Origin: a virus
Length of the DNA stretch: 64,000 nt
Virus record (IMG/VR): IMGVR_UViG_3300045921_000267
Coordinates: 5,100-69,099 of that record
Direction: 5' to 3' (one strand)
The notes beneath the pieces were generated by a model that saw only the letters and a list, made by a program, of their open reading frames with translations, was not told the DNA's origin and ran no database searches. A program made the position numbers and the translations under genes. Shown here in pieces: positions 35,288 to 45,179 of the stretch (within the stretch, counting starts at the first letter, position 1; each line of letters opens with the position of its first letter).

Positions 35288-35530
35288 TCACCCGCGCGGC
35301 GCCGTGAGCCACGCGTTGTACTCGTTCTGCCAGTCCTCTTGCGTCATGCGCCGCATGGGGCGGAGCTTCTCGCATGAGAGGAACACCTCACCGAGTTCGT
35401 GATCCTTCACGGAACGCACGAAGCGCTCCACGGTGATCAGCGGAGCTTCGTCACGCTTCCGCGCCGCAGTGGAGTCACTGTCGCTCTGCGACGGGGCCTC
35501 TTGGAGTGTCTCACGGTTCTTCTTGTTCAT
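35288..35530 (-). CDS. small pre-sheath protein
   Basis: ITVERFV...MTQEDWQNEY; position just before sheath as in SPO1-like phages. Confidence 0.6.
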   Translation of the reverse strand: MNKKNRETLQEAPSQSDSDSTAARKRDEAPLITVERFVRSVKDHELGEVFLSCEKLRPMRRMTQEDWQNEYNAWLTAPRG

Positions 35531-36290
35531 CGTTGAACCTCGTCGGCGTGATGCCGCCGCGCACCCCATCTACTACCACGTCGTCTCTGTAGAGCCCAAG
35601 TACACGGAGACGACGGCGATCGACGAGCGCGAACTGCGGCACGGTGAACATCGAGTGCCCGCTCACAGTGAGCGTGCGGAGGAACATGTTGTCGGGCAGG
35701 TACTGCTCATCAGGAGCGACTTCGCCGCCACTGATCGACACGTCGGTCATGCCGTTCGCGAGAAAGAGCGGCTTCGCACCGAACACAAGCATCTTCGCAA
35801 AGTAGTAGAGGTAGAGGCATACATCGGGATGCTGCGCGTAGACGTAGATGCCGTAGCTAGCGGTGCAGAGCACACCCGCGTATTCCATGTAGTCGTCGGA
35901 GTCTTCATCGTCTTCGGTCTCACCCACGAAGTCGCCGACGAAGTTCTGATCCTCCGAGTCCTCTTGCAGGATGACGGCAAAGCACGGGAACTGCGTGCTC
36001 GTGCGCGGGTAGCCGAGCACCGTCTCCGGCGGTTGTCGCACGAAGTTCGAGACGAACTCCTCGCGCTCTTCTGCGCCAACAAGCGGATCGAACATATGCG
36101 CGAAGAACTTGCGCAACAGATCGGGGTTCTCGCGGAAGCGATCGACTTCTGCGCGGAAAAGCGCAACGATCAGGCGCTCGATGTTGATGACGTTCGTGCG
36201 CGCCGCTGAGAGCGCCGGCACGTTGCGATCGATGCCGATCGTGCCGCCGAGGTTCTTCGCGTCGCGACGCCTGCGAGTCTGATCACTCAT
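35511..36290 (-). CDS. tail completion / terminator-like protein
   Basis: VLGYPR..FPCFAVIL.EDSE..FVGD; LRTLTV. Confidence 0.7.
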   Translation of the reverse strand: MSDQTRRRRDAKNLGGTIGIDRNVPALSAARTNVINIERLIVALFRAEVDRFRENPDLLRKFFAHMFDPLVGAEEREEFVSNFVRQPPETVLGYPRTSTQFPCFAVILQEDSEDQNFVGDFVGETEDDEDSDDYMEYAGVLCTASYGIYVYAQHPDVCLYLYYFAKMLVFGAKPLFLANGMTDVSISGGEVAPDEQYLPDNMFLRTLTVSGHSMFTVPQFALVDRRRLRVLGLYRDDVVVDGVRGGITPTRFNDEQEEP

Positions 36291-37069
36291 CGCGTCTTCG
36301 ATCCCTTCGGTGCCGTCGTCGTCGCGAGAAGCGCCTTCACGATCGGTTCGACTTCACGTTGTACGCGTTGTGCGAAGTTGCGCGCACGGATGCCAGGATG
36401 AAGCCAGTGCTCCTTCGCACGACGCACGTTCGAGGAGATGCGGCGGAACGTCGTGTACTTGTTCTGTGTCGCCTTCGCGTACGTCTTCTGCTGGCGCACC
36501 ATTCCGAGGTAGGTCGAGCCCCAATGCCAGGGTTTCTCCTTCGTGCTCAGGATGGCGCGCGCTGCACTCGACATCCGCATGCCGGGGTGGATGCGTCCTC
36601 CCCACTGCGTGCCGCCTTCGGGCTTCGAGAGCGTCGGCGCGAGCTTCTTCGCGATCGTGTGGATCGCTTGGGGCATCGGACGCCCGACGTTGCGACCTCC
36701 ACTGCCTGGCGTGCCGTGCCCGAAGGGGATCGTGTTGTATCGGCTGCCATCCTTTGCGGTCCTCGCGTTTCGAGCGCCCAGACCGAGCAGCGTCGTGCGA
36801 AGGTCGAATGCGCTCATGCCGTTCTCGACGAGGTTCGGCACCACGCCAACGAGCACGACACGCGCGACACGATTCTTCACCTCGACGGGTTGGATGCCTG
36901 CCACGTAGTCGCGTGCCGTCGTGCGCAGGTTTTGCTGCGCGAGCGAGACCCATCGCTGGTGCACGACTGCGCTGACTCCGCGAAGGAGCCGATCGACATC
37001 GTTCGGTCCTGCCGCGATCGCGATCATCGCGCCTTTCATCTTCGAGAGATCGATCTTGATGAGCGGCAT
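36287..37069 (-). CDS. neck protein
   Basis: ENGMSAFDL, YNTIPF, YTTFRRIS...WLHPG. Confidence 0.75.
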   Translation of the reverse strand: MPLIKIDLSKMKGAMIAIAAGPNDVDRLLRGVSAVVHQRWVSLAQQNLRTTARDYVAGIQPVEVKNRVARVVLVGVVPNLVENGMSAFDLRTTLLGLGARNARTAKDGSRYNTIPFGHGTPGSGGRNVGRPMPQAIHTIAKKLAPTLSKPEGGTQWGGRIHPGMRMSSAARAILSTKEKPWHWGSTYLGMVRQQKTYAKATQNKYTTFRRISSNVRRAKEHWLHPGIRARNFAQRVQREVEPIVKALLATTTAPKGSKTR

Positions 37070-37995
37070 CAGGTCTCTCCCATGCGCCGGCGCAGCGTGG
37101 ACGGACACATGCTCGGAAGCGGCGTGTTGATGTCCGAGAGGTAGTCGAGTTGCACGAGCATCTGTACGGGGAGCGCGAAGACCGTCTGCTGCGGCACCTT
37201 CGTTTCGAGCGTCGCCTCACGCGTTGCGTGCGGGTGAGAGATCACGAGGTAGATGGGGTGGTATTCGTAGATCGCGGAAAGGTACTCTTCATCTTCAACC
37301 AACTCAGCACCGCGCGCGAGCCATTCGATCCATCCGTTCTCGTTCACCTTGAAGTGGTAGCCCTCTTCGAGCTTCGTCGCAGGCACGTCTGGTGCGGGCT
37401 TCCAGACCAGTGCAGTCATGCGCGAGATGCGGTAGCGCAACGAGTCGCAGTTCGCGGGGAGCTTTGATCGAAGACCTCGACGATCACCCTTCTGGAACAG
37501 CTCCGAGTGCACCATCACCGAGTCACGCATCTCGACACGATCGCGGTGCCCCATGCGATACTGCGGCTCGACGGTGAGCGTCGATGAGCCTTCGATCCAC
37601 GCGCCCGTTCGATCGAACGGGCGCGCGTTGCGCTCCATGTTCGTCATGATGCCACGGATCTCGATCGGGTCATCGTAGTAGAAGCCTGAGCCGTCGCAGT
37701 CGCCGCAGTTGATGCGCGCTTGGTTCGTCATCGAGTTCACGCACGGGCAGAGTAGTGCCTTCGTCCAGATGAGGTAGTAGCCGTGCTGCAAGATGGCACG
37801 TTGGAACTCGATCTGCCTGAACTGCGCGCGCGTCTTGCGCGTGTTCACGTCTTGCCCTTGGCGCTGCGCAACGCCACGCGCATCGGGCGCATATGGATCC
37901 GGTCCCGTGCTCGTCGCGGGCACGTCTACCCACCGACGGTACGGACCATCGTTCTTCAGCACGATCGGTGTCGGCCCTTTCGGCTTCGTGCTCAC
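37069..37995 (-). CDS. neck / head-closure protein
   Basis: WTKALLCPC...CGDCDGSGF, MGHRDR; SPO1-like neck synteny. Confidence 0.75.
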   Translation of the reverse strand: MSTKPKGPTPIVLKNDGPYRRWVDVPATSTGPDPYAPDARGVAQRQGQDVNTRKTRAQFRQIEFQRAILQHGYYLIWTKALLCPCVNSMTNQARINCGDCDGSGFYYDDPIEIRGIMTNMERNARPFDRTGAWIEGSSTLTVEPQYRMGHRDRVEMRDSVMVHSELFQKGDRRGLRSKLPANCDSLRYRISRMTALVWKPAPDVPATKLEEGYHFKVNENGWIEWLARGAELVEDEEYLSAIYEYHPIYLVISHPHATREATLETKVPQQTVFALPVQMLVQLDYLSDINTPLPSMCPSTLRRRMGET

Positions 37996-39068
37996 GCGAC
38001 GACTCCTCGGATGCCCTTGTAGTAGCGCCGCAAGAGCGGGATCTGATCCTTGATCTCCTTCGTGTACTGGATGATCCGCGCACCGTAGCCGGCGTTCGTC
38101 GCACTGCTCGTCGTGCCGATGTTCTGCGAGAGCCCATCAATCGAGAGGGAGACCGTTGCGATGCCTGCGCCTGCGATCAAGTCACCGAAGATGTTGAACG
38201 GCCCGAGCGACGCAGCCTTGCCGATCAGATCAAGGATGTTCGCTGGCACGCGGCAATCCTCGAAGCCTGCCGTGTAGCGCACCTCGAAGAGATGCGGGAG
38301 CGTGTACAAGCCGTTGTAGATCGCGGGTAGGTACGAGCCTCCCTGCCCGATGAGAATCTCGGAAAGCGTGCCCGCGGTCGGCACGATGCGCAGTTGCCCG
38401 TGCTCGCGATCGATTCGGAGCCACTCCTCCGGGAACTGCACGACCGTCTGTCCGGTCGGGTACTGCACGTTGAACTCCTCCACGCTGATCAGCGGGTAGT
38501 TGTCCAACTGGATGTAGTTGTAAGCCTGGTAGTCGTTGATGTAGTAGTCGTGCTTCTCGACGAACGTCGTTTCGAGAAGCTTGATGTCCAACTGGTGCTC
38601 GAACCACTCAATCGCCGAGAGGATGTAGAACTGCAACGTGCGATCATCGATCGGTTCGCCCTGATCGTTGCGCAGGTCCACACCGAAGAGGTAGCGGTTC
38701 TTCAATTGCGGCACGGTGAGGATGCACGACGTCGCGAGCCCGAGCCCTTCGATCGGATCGCTCGGCTCACTCGACGCTTCATCGAAGCTCTCGCCGTTCG
38801 CAAGGCGCTTCGTGTCGAGATAGCGCGTGCGGTAGATGAAGAGAGGTGCACCGGAGCGGTCGATCCACGAGTAGCTGATCTTGCCCTTCTCCAGCACGGG
38901 CCGATCGGCAGGTAGCGTGACCTCACTCCACGTGATGCCCTGGTTCACCGAGCGCTCGATCACGAGGCGGTCGAACCCCATCTCGATCACGGAGTCGATG
39001 TCGTCGTCCGTGACGCTGATGCGGATCACCCGCCCAAGTGCCTTGCTGCCAAGATCGACCAGAGTCAT
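37992..39068 (-). CDS. head-tail adaptor with N-terminal FN3-like domain
   Basis: YLFGVDL, EHQLDI, GAGIATVSLSIDGLSQ..TTSSATNAGYGARI. Confidence 0.8.
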   Translation of the reverse strand: MTLVDLGSKALGRVIRISVTDDDIDSVIEMGFDRLVIERSVNQGITWSEVTLPADRPVLEKGKISYSWIDRSGAPLFIYRTRYLDTKRLANGESFDEASSEPSDPIEGLGLATSCILTVPQLKNRYLFGVDLRNDQGEPIDDRTLQFYILSAIEWFEHQLDIKLLETTFVEKHDYYINDYQAYNYIQLDNYPLISVEEFNVQYPTGQTVVQFPEEWLRIDREHGQLRIVPTAGTLSEILIGQGGSYLPAIYNGLYTLPHLFEVRYTAGFEDCRVPANILDLIGKAASLGPFNIFGDLIAGAGIATVSLSIDGLSQNIGTTSSATNAGYGARIIQYTKEIKDQIPLLRRYYKGIRGVVA

Positions 39069-39075
39069 CGCGCGT

Positions 39076-39675
39076 TCACTTCTTCTTCGGCGGGACTTTC
39101 GGCGCCGGCATGACCGGGAGCGGAGGTGCCGAGCGCTTCAAGCCCATCTCTTTGTAGAGCGCCGTGAGTTCGTCGGCGAGCGCACGGTTCTGCTTGTACA
39201 GCGTGCCGTTTTCCATGCGCACGCGTTCGATCTCCTCGCGCAGCGCATCGTTCTCTTCGCGCAGGTCTTCTTGATCACGCAGAAGAACGCGATGCTGATC
39301 GAGGAGGACCGCGTAGTTCCGCTGGCACTCGTCGGCTTCGCCTTCGACCTTCTCGATCCGAATGCGCAACGTTTCCTCGCGCTTTTGCATCTGTTCACGT
39401 TCTGACTTCTCGCGCTCTTCGAGCGCAGCGATGCGCGCAAGCATGCGCTCCGCGAAGTCTTTCGTGATGTCGATCTTCTTCTCCTCGACCTTGCCGCTCT
39501 GTTCTTGCTCCTTCAGCTTCCTCTTGTGATGGTGCTTCCACGCCTCGCGTCCCCACGAGATGAGCGCGAGTAGCAGCCCGAAGAATCCGGCAACCCATCC
39601 CGCGATTGCCGACGAATGCTCGTCGTCATCCATGCCGCTCACTGCTCCGTGCGAAGGTAGAGTCGCCTCGATCAT
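39076..39675 (-). CDS. membrane protein with single TM and long coiled coil
   Basis: IAGWVAGFFGLLLALISW followed by heptad repeats; start may be 39633. Confidence 0.6.
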   Translation of the reverse strand: MIEATLPSHGAVSGMDDDEHSSAIAGWVAGFFGLLLALISWGREAWKHHHKRKLKEQEQSGKVEEKKIDITKDFAERMLARIAALEEREKSEREQMQKREETLRIRIEKVEGEADECQRNYAVLLDQHRVLLRDQEDLREENDALREEIERVRMENGTLYKQNRALADELTALYKEMGLKRSAPPLPVMPAPKVPPKKK

Positions 39676-39749
39676 GTCACGCCTCTCACGTTTCAGAGAG
39701 CGACGACGCGCAACATGGCTCCCCTCATGAAGCGCATCGCCGGTTATCC

Positions 39750-40142
39750 TCACGCAGGCGGGAGCTTCCTCGGAACACGGCTGACCTGAGTGACGTAGAC
39801 TGTTGCGGTGCCGCCCGTGGTACGCGCAACGATGCGATCGTTGTGATCCTTCCTCACGTGGATCTCGACCCACCCTCGGATGAGCGGAGTCGCAGGCGGC
39901 GCAGCAGGCTTCGCGGCCCACGAAGCGGTCTCGTTCTTCACGAACGGCACCGCGTCGATGAACACGAGGTCCGTGCCTCCGGGGCTCGTGGCCTGCACAA
40001 GGTACTTGCCCGGAGGCAAGGGTCCGTTCGCGTCGTTGGTACCGCCGCTGGACACGACGGAGGCCGCGACCGCAGCGAGCGCCACCGTGCGCCCGAGGTC
40101 GTGTCCGTAGAAGTCCTGAAGGTCGTCGGGATTCGCTGCCAC
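39750..40142 (-). CDS. hypothetical virion-associated protein
   Basis: GAGGTG/GAGG RBS; beta-rich; in head module. Confidence 0.6.
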   Translation of the reverse strand: MAANPDDLQDFYGHDLGRTVALAAVAASVVSSGGTNDANGPLPPGKYLVQATSPGGTDLVFIDAVPFVKNETASWAAKPAAPPATPLIRGWVEIHVRKDHNDRIVARTTGGTATVYVTQVSRVPRKLPPA

Positions 40143-40179
40143 CTCTTCACCTCACGTGCGCCGTGGGAGCGCGTTCAGG

Positions 40180-40668
40180 TCACTCGGGCTTGGGCGCCTT
40201 CAGGCGTCGCCCGCTGGCGGCTTTGGGCGCCCCGCTGGCGCCCTCGGACACCTCGGAGGTGCTCTCGACCGTCTCGACCGTCTCCGGGCCGCTGGCGAGC
40301 GCCTGCGAGCCGAGGCGGGCCTTCAGGTCGGCGACCTCGGCTTCCAGCTTCGCGATCTTCGCGTCGCGCACCTGGATGTCGTTTTGCGCGTCGTGCAGCG
40401 CATCCTGCATCTCGTTCGCGAAAAGGCGAAGATCCTCGACGTCTTTCTTCGTCGGCCCACCAGGCCAAAGAGCGCCGTCGGGCGCACCCACGGCGGTGCC
40501 TGAAAGCGAACGCGGCGAGCGCGCGACCGCCTTGAACCCGTGCGTGAGCATGAACTGCGCGTCGGCTTCGTTCTCGACCTCGATGCAGCCCTCGTCATCG
40601 GCACGCACACGAGCACCGCTGCGAAGATTGATCTCCATGTTGCGGAAGTTCTCGTTCTTCAATCGCAT
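40180..40668 (-). CDS. hypothetical protein
   Basis: AAGGAG RBS; small N-terminal domain plus coiled coil. Confidence 0.65.
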   Translation of the reverse strand: MRLKNENFRNMEINLRSGARVRADDEGCIEVENEADAQFMLTHGFKAVARSPRSLSGTAVGAPDGALWPGGPTKKDVEDLRLFANEMQDALHDAQNDIQVRDAKIAKLEAEVADLKARLGSQALASGPETVETVESTSEVSEGASGAPKAASGRRLKAPKPE

Positions 40669-40686
40669 CCTCTTCTCCTTCCTTCA

Positions 40687-40725
40687 GAAACACGAACGGG
40701 CGGACGGATCACCCGCCCGCCCGTC
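40687..40725 (-). terminator. intrinsic terminator after capsid and decoration genes
   Basis: ACGGGCGGGCGG-GTGAT-CCGTCCGCCCGT followed by TCGTGTTTCT. Confidence 0.6.
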
Positions 40726-40747
40726 AGCGTACGCCATCGACGTGGCT

Positions 40748-41071
40748 TCAGGCCGCAGGACCGACGAGCGAGCACTGACCGGCGAGCCCGCCGATGAACA
40801 CGCCCTGGAGTCTGCGCGCCACGGTACCATCGACGATCGCCGCGAGTTCGGGCGCGCCGTACGTGGTGTCGAGCGTGCCGTAGCCCGCGACGGGGGCGGG
40901 GAAAGTCACGGTGATGTCCACCGTGCCGTTGTTGTTGACCTCGGCGATCAAGCCCGTGAAGGGCCCCTCGCCGTACACGTTCACCTCGTTCGCGGTCGGC
41001 AGGTACTGGACCCGCCGCCCCGGCCGAAGCCTCGCTCGCTGCCTGTTCTTCGTGTTCACGACGATCGCCAT
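40748..41071 (-). CDS. small protein after capsid gene (possible decoration protein)
   Basis: GGAGG RBS before MAIVVN; PGRRVQY..GLIAEVNNNGTVDITV. Confidence 0.6.
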   Translation of the reverse strand: MAIVVNTKNRQRARLRPGRRVQYLPTANEVNVYGEGPFTGLIAEVNNNGTVDITVTFPAPVAGYGTLDTTYGAPELAAIVDGTVARRLQGVFIGGLAGQCSLVGPAA

Positions 41072-41157
41072 CTTTCGCCTCCGGCTCGTGGTCGTCAGGA
41101 AAGACCCTGCGAGCACGCGCGCGGAGGTTTGCCTCGACGCGCGCGTGCTCACGAAGA

Positions 41158-42567
41158 TCAGATCGAGTTCGGCAGGCGACCGATGTTCTTCACCACGACG
41201 TTCTTGGCCGGGGTGTACATCTTGATCGCGCCGTAGATCACCTGCGCCCAGCGGATCGAGGTGTCGATCACTGCGAGCGGGATCCGCGTCATCGGCAGAA
41301 GCTGCGACCACGCGAACGACCGCTGGTTCTGCATGAGCACGAAGCCCTTGCTCGTGCCAGGGATGTCGGCGTTGCGATCGACGATCACCTGCGTGGCGCC
41401 CGTCCGGGGCACCTTGAACGCGAGCTTCGCATCGCTCACCGGCTGCCCCGGACGCGTACGGTAGACCTCGTAGTACGAGGTGCCCTGCCCGCCGTCCGTC
41501 ACGGTGATGCTCACCGCGTCGCCCGCCGCGACCGCCACGCCCGCACTCGTCACGGGCGTGCTGCGCCCGTAGCGACCACCTGCGACGATCTGGTAGATGT
41601 ACGTGCCCGCGTCGGCCGCGACGAACTGCGACAACGCATCCGGTGCCGCCGTCGGACCTGCGCTGATCGCCGGAGCGAGTGGGCGCTTGCTCGGCGAGCC
41701 GAGACCCGCCGCGATGGGAGGACCACCTGGGAGGATGAACACGGAGTCGTGCAGATTCACGCGCCCGTGCTGGCCCTGGAATGCCTTCACCGTCGCGCCG
41801 AGCACGCCAGGCTCGGGGCTCACGCTGAAACGCTGCCGGTCGTAGACCTGCTTCGCCACGTCCGCGAACGGACCCGTGTTGAAGTACGCGTCCGTGGCAA
41901 CGCCGAAGTTGTCGCGGACACGCAGCAGCATGTCGTTCAGGAGTTCCTCCGTGAGCGCGCCGCCGCGAAGGTCGATCACGTTGTCCGGCGCGCCGTCGGA
42001 GATGAGCTTGTAGAGCCCGTCGAACTGCTCGGGCAGCAGCGAAGAGTCGCCGAAGAAGAGCGCGTTCTCCAGTTGCTGGAGCAGCATCATCGTCTTGTTC
42101 ATGGTCTCCATCGCGATCACGTTGCCGTGAGCGGGACGGATCACCGACGCGACGTGCGTGACGCGCCCGACGATGCCGAGGAACTTGATCAACACGGTGA
42201 CACGCTGGTAGGTCGAGTCCTCCTCCTCGGGGAGATCACCCTCGGTCATCCATCCGAGGTCGAACTGCCGAGCACCGCCGCGCGAGTACGCGAGCAACCG
42301 GTTGAACTCCTCGACCGTGTTCGAGGCGGGGACCTTCGGGATGCTCTTGAAGAGCTTCACCTCGTCCATCTCGAACGTGAGATTCTTCAGGGTCGCTTCG
42401 AGCGACTCCGTGCGCAAGGGGAATCCCTGGCCAGGCGTGACGCCCGGATCGTTCACATCCTGCCCGGCGAAGAGTGCCTTGCGGAGGTTGGCGATCTCCT
42501 CCGGGCTGGCGATGCCGTGCCCGTTGAATTCGCGGTAGTCCCGCGCGCCGACGAAGGGGCTGATCAT
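41158..42567 (-). CDS. major capsid protein (Herelleviridae-like)
   Basis: LRKALFAG..LRTESLEATLKNLTF, ASNTVEEF, EGDLPEEEDSTYQR, ENALFFGDS, QFDGL, NVIDLRG, QLLPMTRIPLA. Confidence 0.95.
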   Translation of the reverse strand: MISPFVGARDYREFNGHGIASPEEIANLRKALFAGQDVNDPGVTPGQGFPLRTESLEATLKNLTFEMDEVKLFKSIPKVPASNTVEEFNRLLAYSRGGARQFDLGWMTEGDLPEEEDSTYQRVTVLIKFLGIVGRVTHVASVIRPAHGNVIAMETMNKTMMLLQQLENALFFGDSSLLPEQFDGLYKLISDGAPDNVIDLRGGALTEELLNDMLLRVRDNFGVATDAYFNTGPFADVAKQVYDRQRFSVSPEPGVLGATVKAFQGQHGRVNLHDSVFILPGGPPIAAGLGSPSKRPLAPAISAGPTAAPDALSQFVAADAGTYIYQIVAGGRYGRSTPVTSAGVAVAAGDAVSITVTDGGQGTSYYEVYRTRPGQPVSDAKLAFKVPRTGATQVIVDRNADIPGTSKGFVLMQNQRSFAWSQLLPMTRIPLAVIDTSIRWAQVIYGAIKMYTPAKNVVVKNIGRLPNSI

Positions 42568-42617
42568 GGTCTGCTTCTCCTCTTCTCTCGTTGGTTCACA
42601 CCATCACGCGCGGGCGA

Positions 42618-43646
42618 TCAGGCGTAGCTCTTGGCGAGGCCCGCCTCGCCGGGGTGGCGACGGAGGAAGTTCTGGACCTCTCCGAGGATGTTGCTCGGGA
42701 CCTCCGCACTGCTCTCGACGAGCGGCACGAGGTCGGTGGCGATCTTGCGACCGCCGATCTCCTTCACGCCCTTCTCCAGGTGCATGTAGGTCAGCACGCT
42801 CGCGATCTCGCTCTTCTTCAGCGAGCCCAGGCCCCCGGCCTCGTTCGGCATGCTCTTCTGCATCGGCTGCGCGCCCGAGAGCGACGTGACGCCCTTCGGC
42901 GCTGCGACCGGCTGCCTCTCGACGACGCCGAGCCGCTTGCCGAGTTCGTTGATGACGTGCTGCTGACTCTTCACGAGCGCGCCGAGCGCGTGCACGGTTT
43001 TCGCCATCGCGACGAACTGCTCGTCGCTGCGTCGCAGCGACTTGCGCATCCGACGATCGAGCGTGTCGAGCGCTTCCGTGGTGCGCGAAGTGAGCGTCTC
43101 CAGGAATGGCGAGACGTCCACGACCTCGCCGATGTCGGGGTCCCGGCGAAACTGCGAATCGAACGACGCGCTCTTGCCCATCCGGCGCTTGCCGCGCATG
43201 CCGACGGGCTGCTCCTCGTCCTCGTCTTCGTCCTCGTCTTCGTCCTCGAAGTCGTCCTCGTCGTCGAGGTCGTCCTCGGCCGCACCTGCGAAGGGAGGCA
43301 TCTTCGGGCCGCGCGCCTTGCCGCTCATGCTCGGGCTCGGACGCTGATGCTGGAAGAACGAGTCGCCGCCGACGTCCTTCATCATGCCCACGATCGTCGC
43401 CGCTTGCCCGGCGTTGAAGCCGGCCGCGGTGAGCTTGCCGATCATGAGGTTCTCGATCGAGCCGGCGTCGGACATGCTGCCCTGCCCGCCGCCCTGCATG
43501 CCGTCGCTGCCATGCGTACCACTGTTGTCGATGTTCACGCCGTCGCCCTTCACGAGCGGCTCGCCCGTGACTCGCGACGCAGCCTTCAGCAGGTCGTTCA
43601 AGCTCGCGTCGAGAGCGTCGAGCGTCGTGGTCTGCTCGTTCTCCAT
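42618..43646 (-). CDS. capsid scaffold protein
   Basis: Between protease and MCP; acidic tract, coiled coil, many K-S/K-A sites. Confidence 0.75.
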   Translation of the reverse strand: MENEQTTTLDALDASLNDLLKAASRVTGEPLVKGDGVNIDNSGTHGSDGMQGGGQGSMSDAGSIENLMIGKLTAAGFNAGQAATIVGMMKDVGGDSFFQHQRPSPSMSGKARGPKMPPFAGAAEDDLDDEDDFEDEDEDEDEDEEQPVGMRGKRRMGKSASFDSQFRRDPDIGEVVDVSPFLETLTSRTTEALDTLDRRMRKSLRRSDEQFVAMAKTVHALGALVKSQQHVINELGKRLGVVERQPVAAPKGVTSLSGAQPMQKSMPNEAGGLGSLKKSEIASVLTYMHLEKGVKEIGGRKIATDLVPLVESSAEVPSNILGEVQNFLRRHPGEAGLAKSYA

Positions 43647-43659
43647 CTTCTCTTCTCCT

Positions 43660-44523
43660 TCACTTCTTCGCGGCGCCCTTGAAGTGGAAGTCCGCGATTG
43701 CCTCCGCCTGCTTCAGCGAAAGGCCGGGCGCCATCGTCTGAAGCAGAACCGCCGTTTCGAGTCGCGTGATGGGCTCGCCAGCGAGCGCCTTGTCGAGCAC
43801 GCGTTGCTCGATCTCCGAGAGCTTCTTCTTTCGCTTCTTGATGCGTTCGATCGTGGGGCTCGTGCTACCCTGTGCCGCGGCTTCGACGCTGCGGCGCGCC
43901 ATCACACGAGCACCGCCGTCGCCTGTTGCACTTGCCGGAGCGATTGCGACGGGAGCGCTGCCAGCCGAGAGCGACTTCGCGAGCACGTGCAGCGCCGTGT
44001 TCGTATTCACTGGGCATCGGGTGATCGCGACCTCGCGCACGACCGCCTTGCGGATGACCGAGGGGTTCTTCGCGTCGCGCGCAGTGACACTGCCCTCGAC
44101 GCTGAAACCGAGTCGGCGATCGGTCTTCTGGAGCGCGTTCGCCAGCATCCACAGAGCGTCGGCCCGCGGGTGCCCGTCGAGCAGATAGCCCTCGACGTAC
44201 CATCCCTTGCGCATGCCCATCGTGCGGAACTCGGCGCGCGTCGGGTAGCCGACGACTGCATCCGTTGCGGGATCGTGGTTGTCGTTGAACCAACCATCCT
44301 TGAGGAACGGCGCGAAGTCCATCCCGTCTTGCAGGATCTTCTCGGCTTGGCGATCGAGGTCGTCGGTCGAGCAGATCCCACCGATGCGGCGATTCGTCGG
44401 AGCGCTCGTGTCGCTCTTCGTGAAGACCTCGGCATCACACTCGAAGCGCCACGCGTTGCCACGCCCGATGGGCGAGAGCGGCGTTGGGAAGACCTCGATC
44501 TGTGCTGCATCGAGAAACATCAC
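43660..44523 (-). CDS. prohead (capsid maturation) protease
   Basis: IGGICSTDDLDRQAEKI, GWFNDNH, VGYP, RLGFSVEG, VAITRCPVNTNT. Confidence 0.92.
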   Translation of the reverse strand: MMFLDAAQIEVFPTPLSPIGRGNAWRFECDAEVFTKSDTSAPTNRRIGGICSTDDLDRQAEKILQDGMDFAPFLKDGWFNDNHDPATDAVVGYPTRAEFRTMGMRKGWYVEGYLLDGHPRADALWMLANALQKTDRRLGFSVEGSVTARDAKNPSVIRKAVVREVAITRCPVNTNTALHVLAKSLSAGSAPVAIAPASATGDGGARVMARRSVEAAAQGSTSPTIERIKKRKKKLSEIEQRVLDKALAGEPITRLETAVLLQTMAPGLSLKQAEAIADFHFKGAAKK

Positions 44524-44530
44524 GTCTCCA

Positions 44531-44600
44531 GAACGACGAAAGGCGCGGAGCCCGACTCAGGTTCCGCGCCTCTTCTGCCCTTCTCCGCAGAGATCGGGCT
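44531..44600 (-). promoter_or_regulatory. two-hairpin leader (terminator- or attenuator-like) before the protease gene
   Basis: GCCCGATCTC-TGCG-GAGAAGGGC and AGGCGCGGAACC-TGAGTCG-GGCTCCGCGCCT-TTCGTCGTTCT just upstream of GGAG RBS. Confidence 0.5.
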
Positions 44601-44640
44601 AGGCCACGCGTGGAGTTATGACTGATACTCCATCCGCTCG

Positions 44641-44886
44641 TCAAGTACGACGCACGACGAGCTTCGGCTGCGACGCATCTTGGGCCTTGCGCAGCACGAT
44701 CGGACCGGGCGCGAGGACGAGCGGGATCAGCACGCCGCGCGAGCATGATGGGCAATTGATCTCAACCTCGCCGCTCTTGTACAGAACGAGGATGCTCGTC
44801 CGCGCTTTCACACGCGTACCATCGTGTGAAGCGCGGAAAAGCTGCGCCGCGCAGTGCGGGCAGCCGAGGTCGGGGTTCTTGTTCAC
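44641..44886 (-). CDS. small zinc-ribbon protein (Com-like)
   Basis: CPHC...EINCPSC. Confidence 0.7.
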   Translation of the reverse strand: MNKNPDLGCPHCAAQLFRASHDGTRVKARTSILVLYKSGEVEINCPSCSRGVLIPLVLAPGPIVLRKAQDASQPKLVVRRT

Positions 44887-45179
44887 GTCGGGACCACCAC
44901 GCCGAGCATGCGCGCTTGCACGACGGCACGCGAAGGCAACGGCACGCCGTGCGAGATGCAGGCGCGGAAGACGGCACGCTTCATCCGGTTGATCTCATCT
45001 TCAGTGTGCACCTTGCCAAGCGTGAGGATCGCGGCTGGGTTCATGATGAGGTCGAGCGCTTCGATCGCAGCGCTCGCGTTCGGGAGGTTCATGAAGTAGT
45101 CGAGCTTCACCCCGTTCTCGATCGAAAGGTCGTCGATCCCGGCACCTCGGAACACATCGGTATAGCGGTTGCCCATCAC
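44883..45179 (-). CDS. hypothetical protein
   Basis: AAGGAG RBS; overlapping start/stop with both neighbours. Confidence 0.65.
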   Translation of the reverse strand: MMGNRYTDVFRGAGIDDLSIENGVKLDYFMNLPNASAAIEALDLIMNPAAILTLGKVHTEDEINRMKRAVFRACISHGVPLPSRAVVQARMLGVVVPT

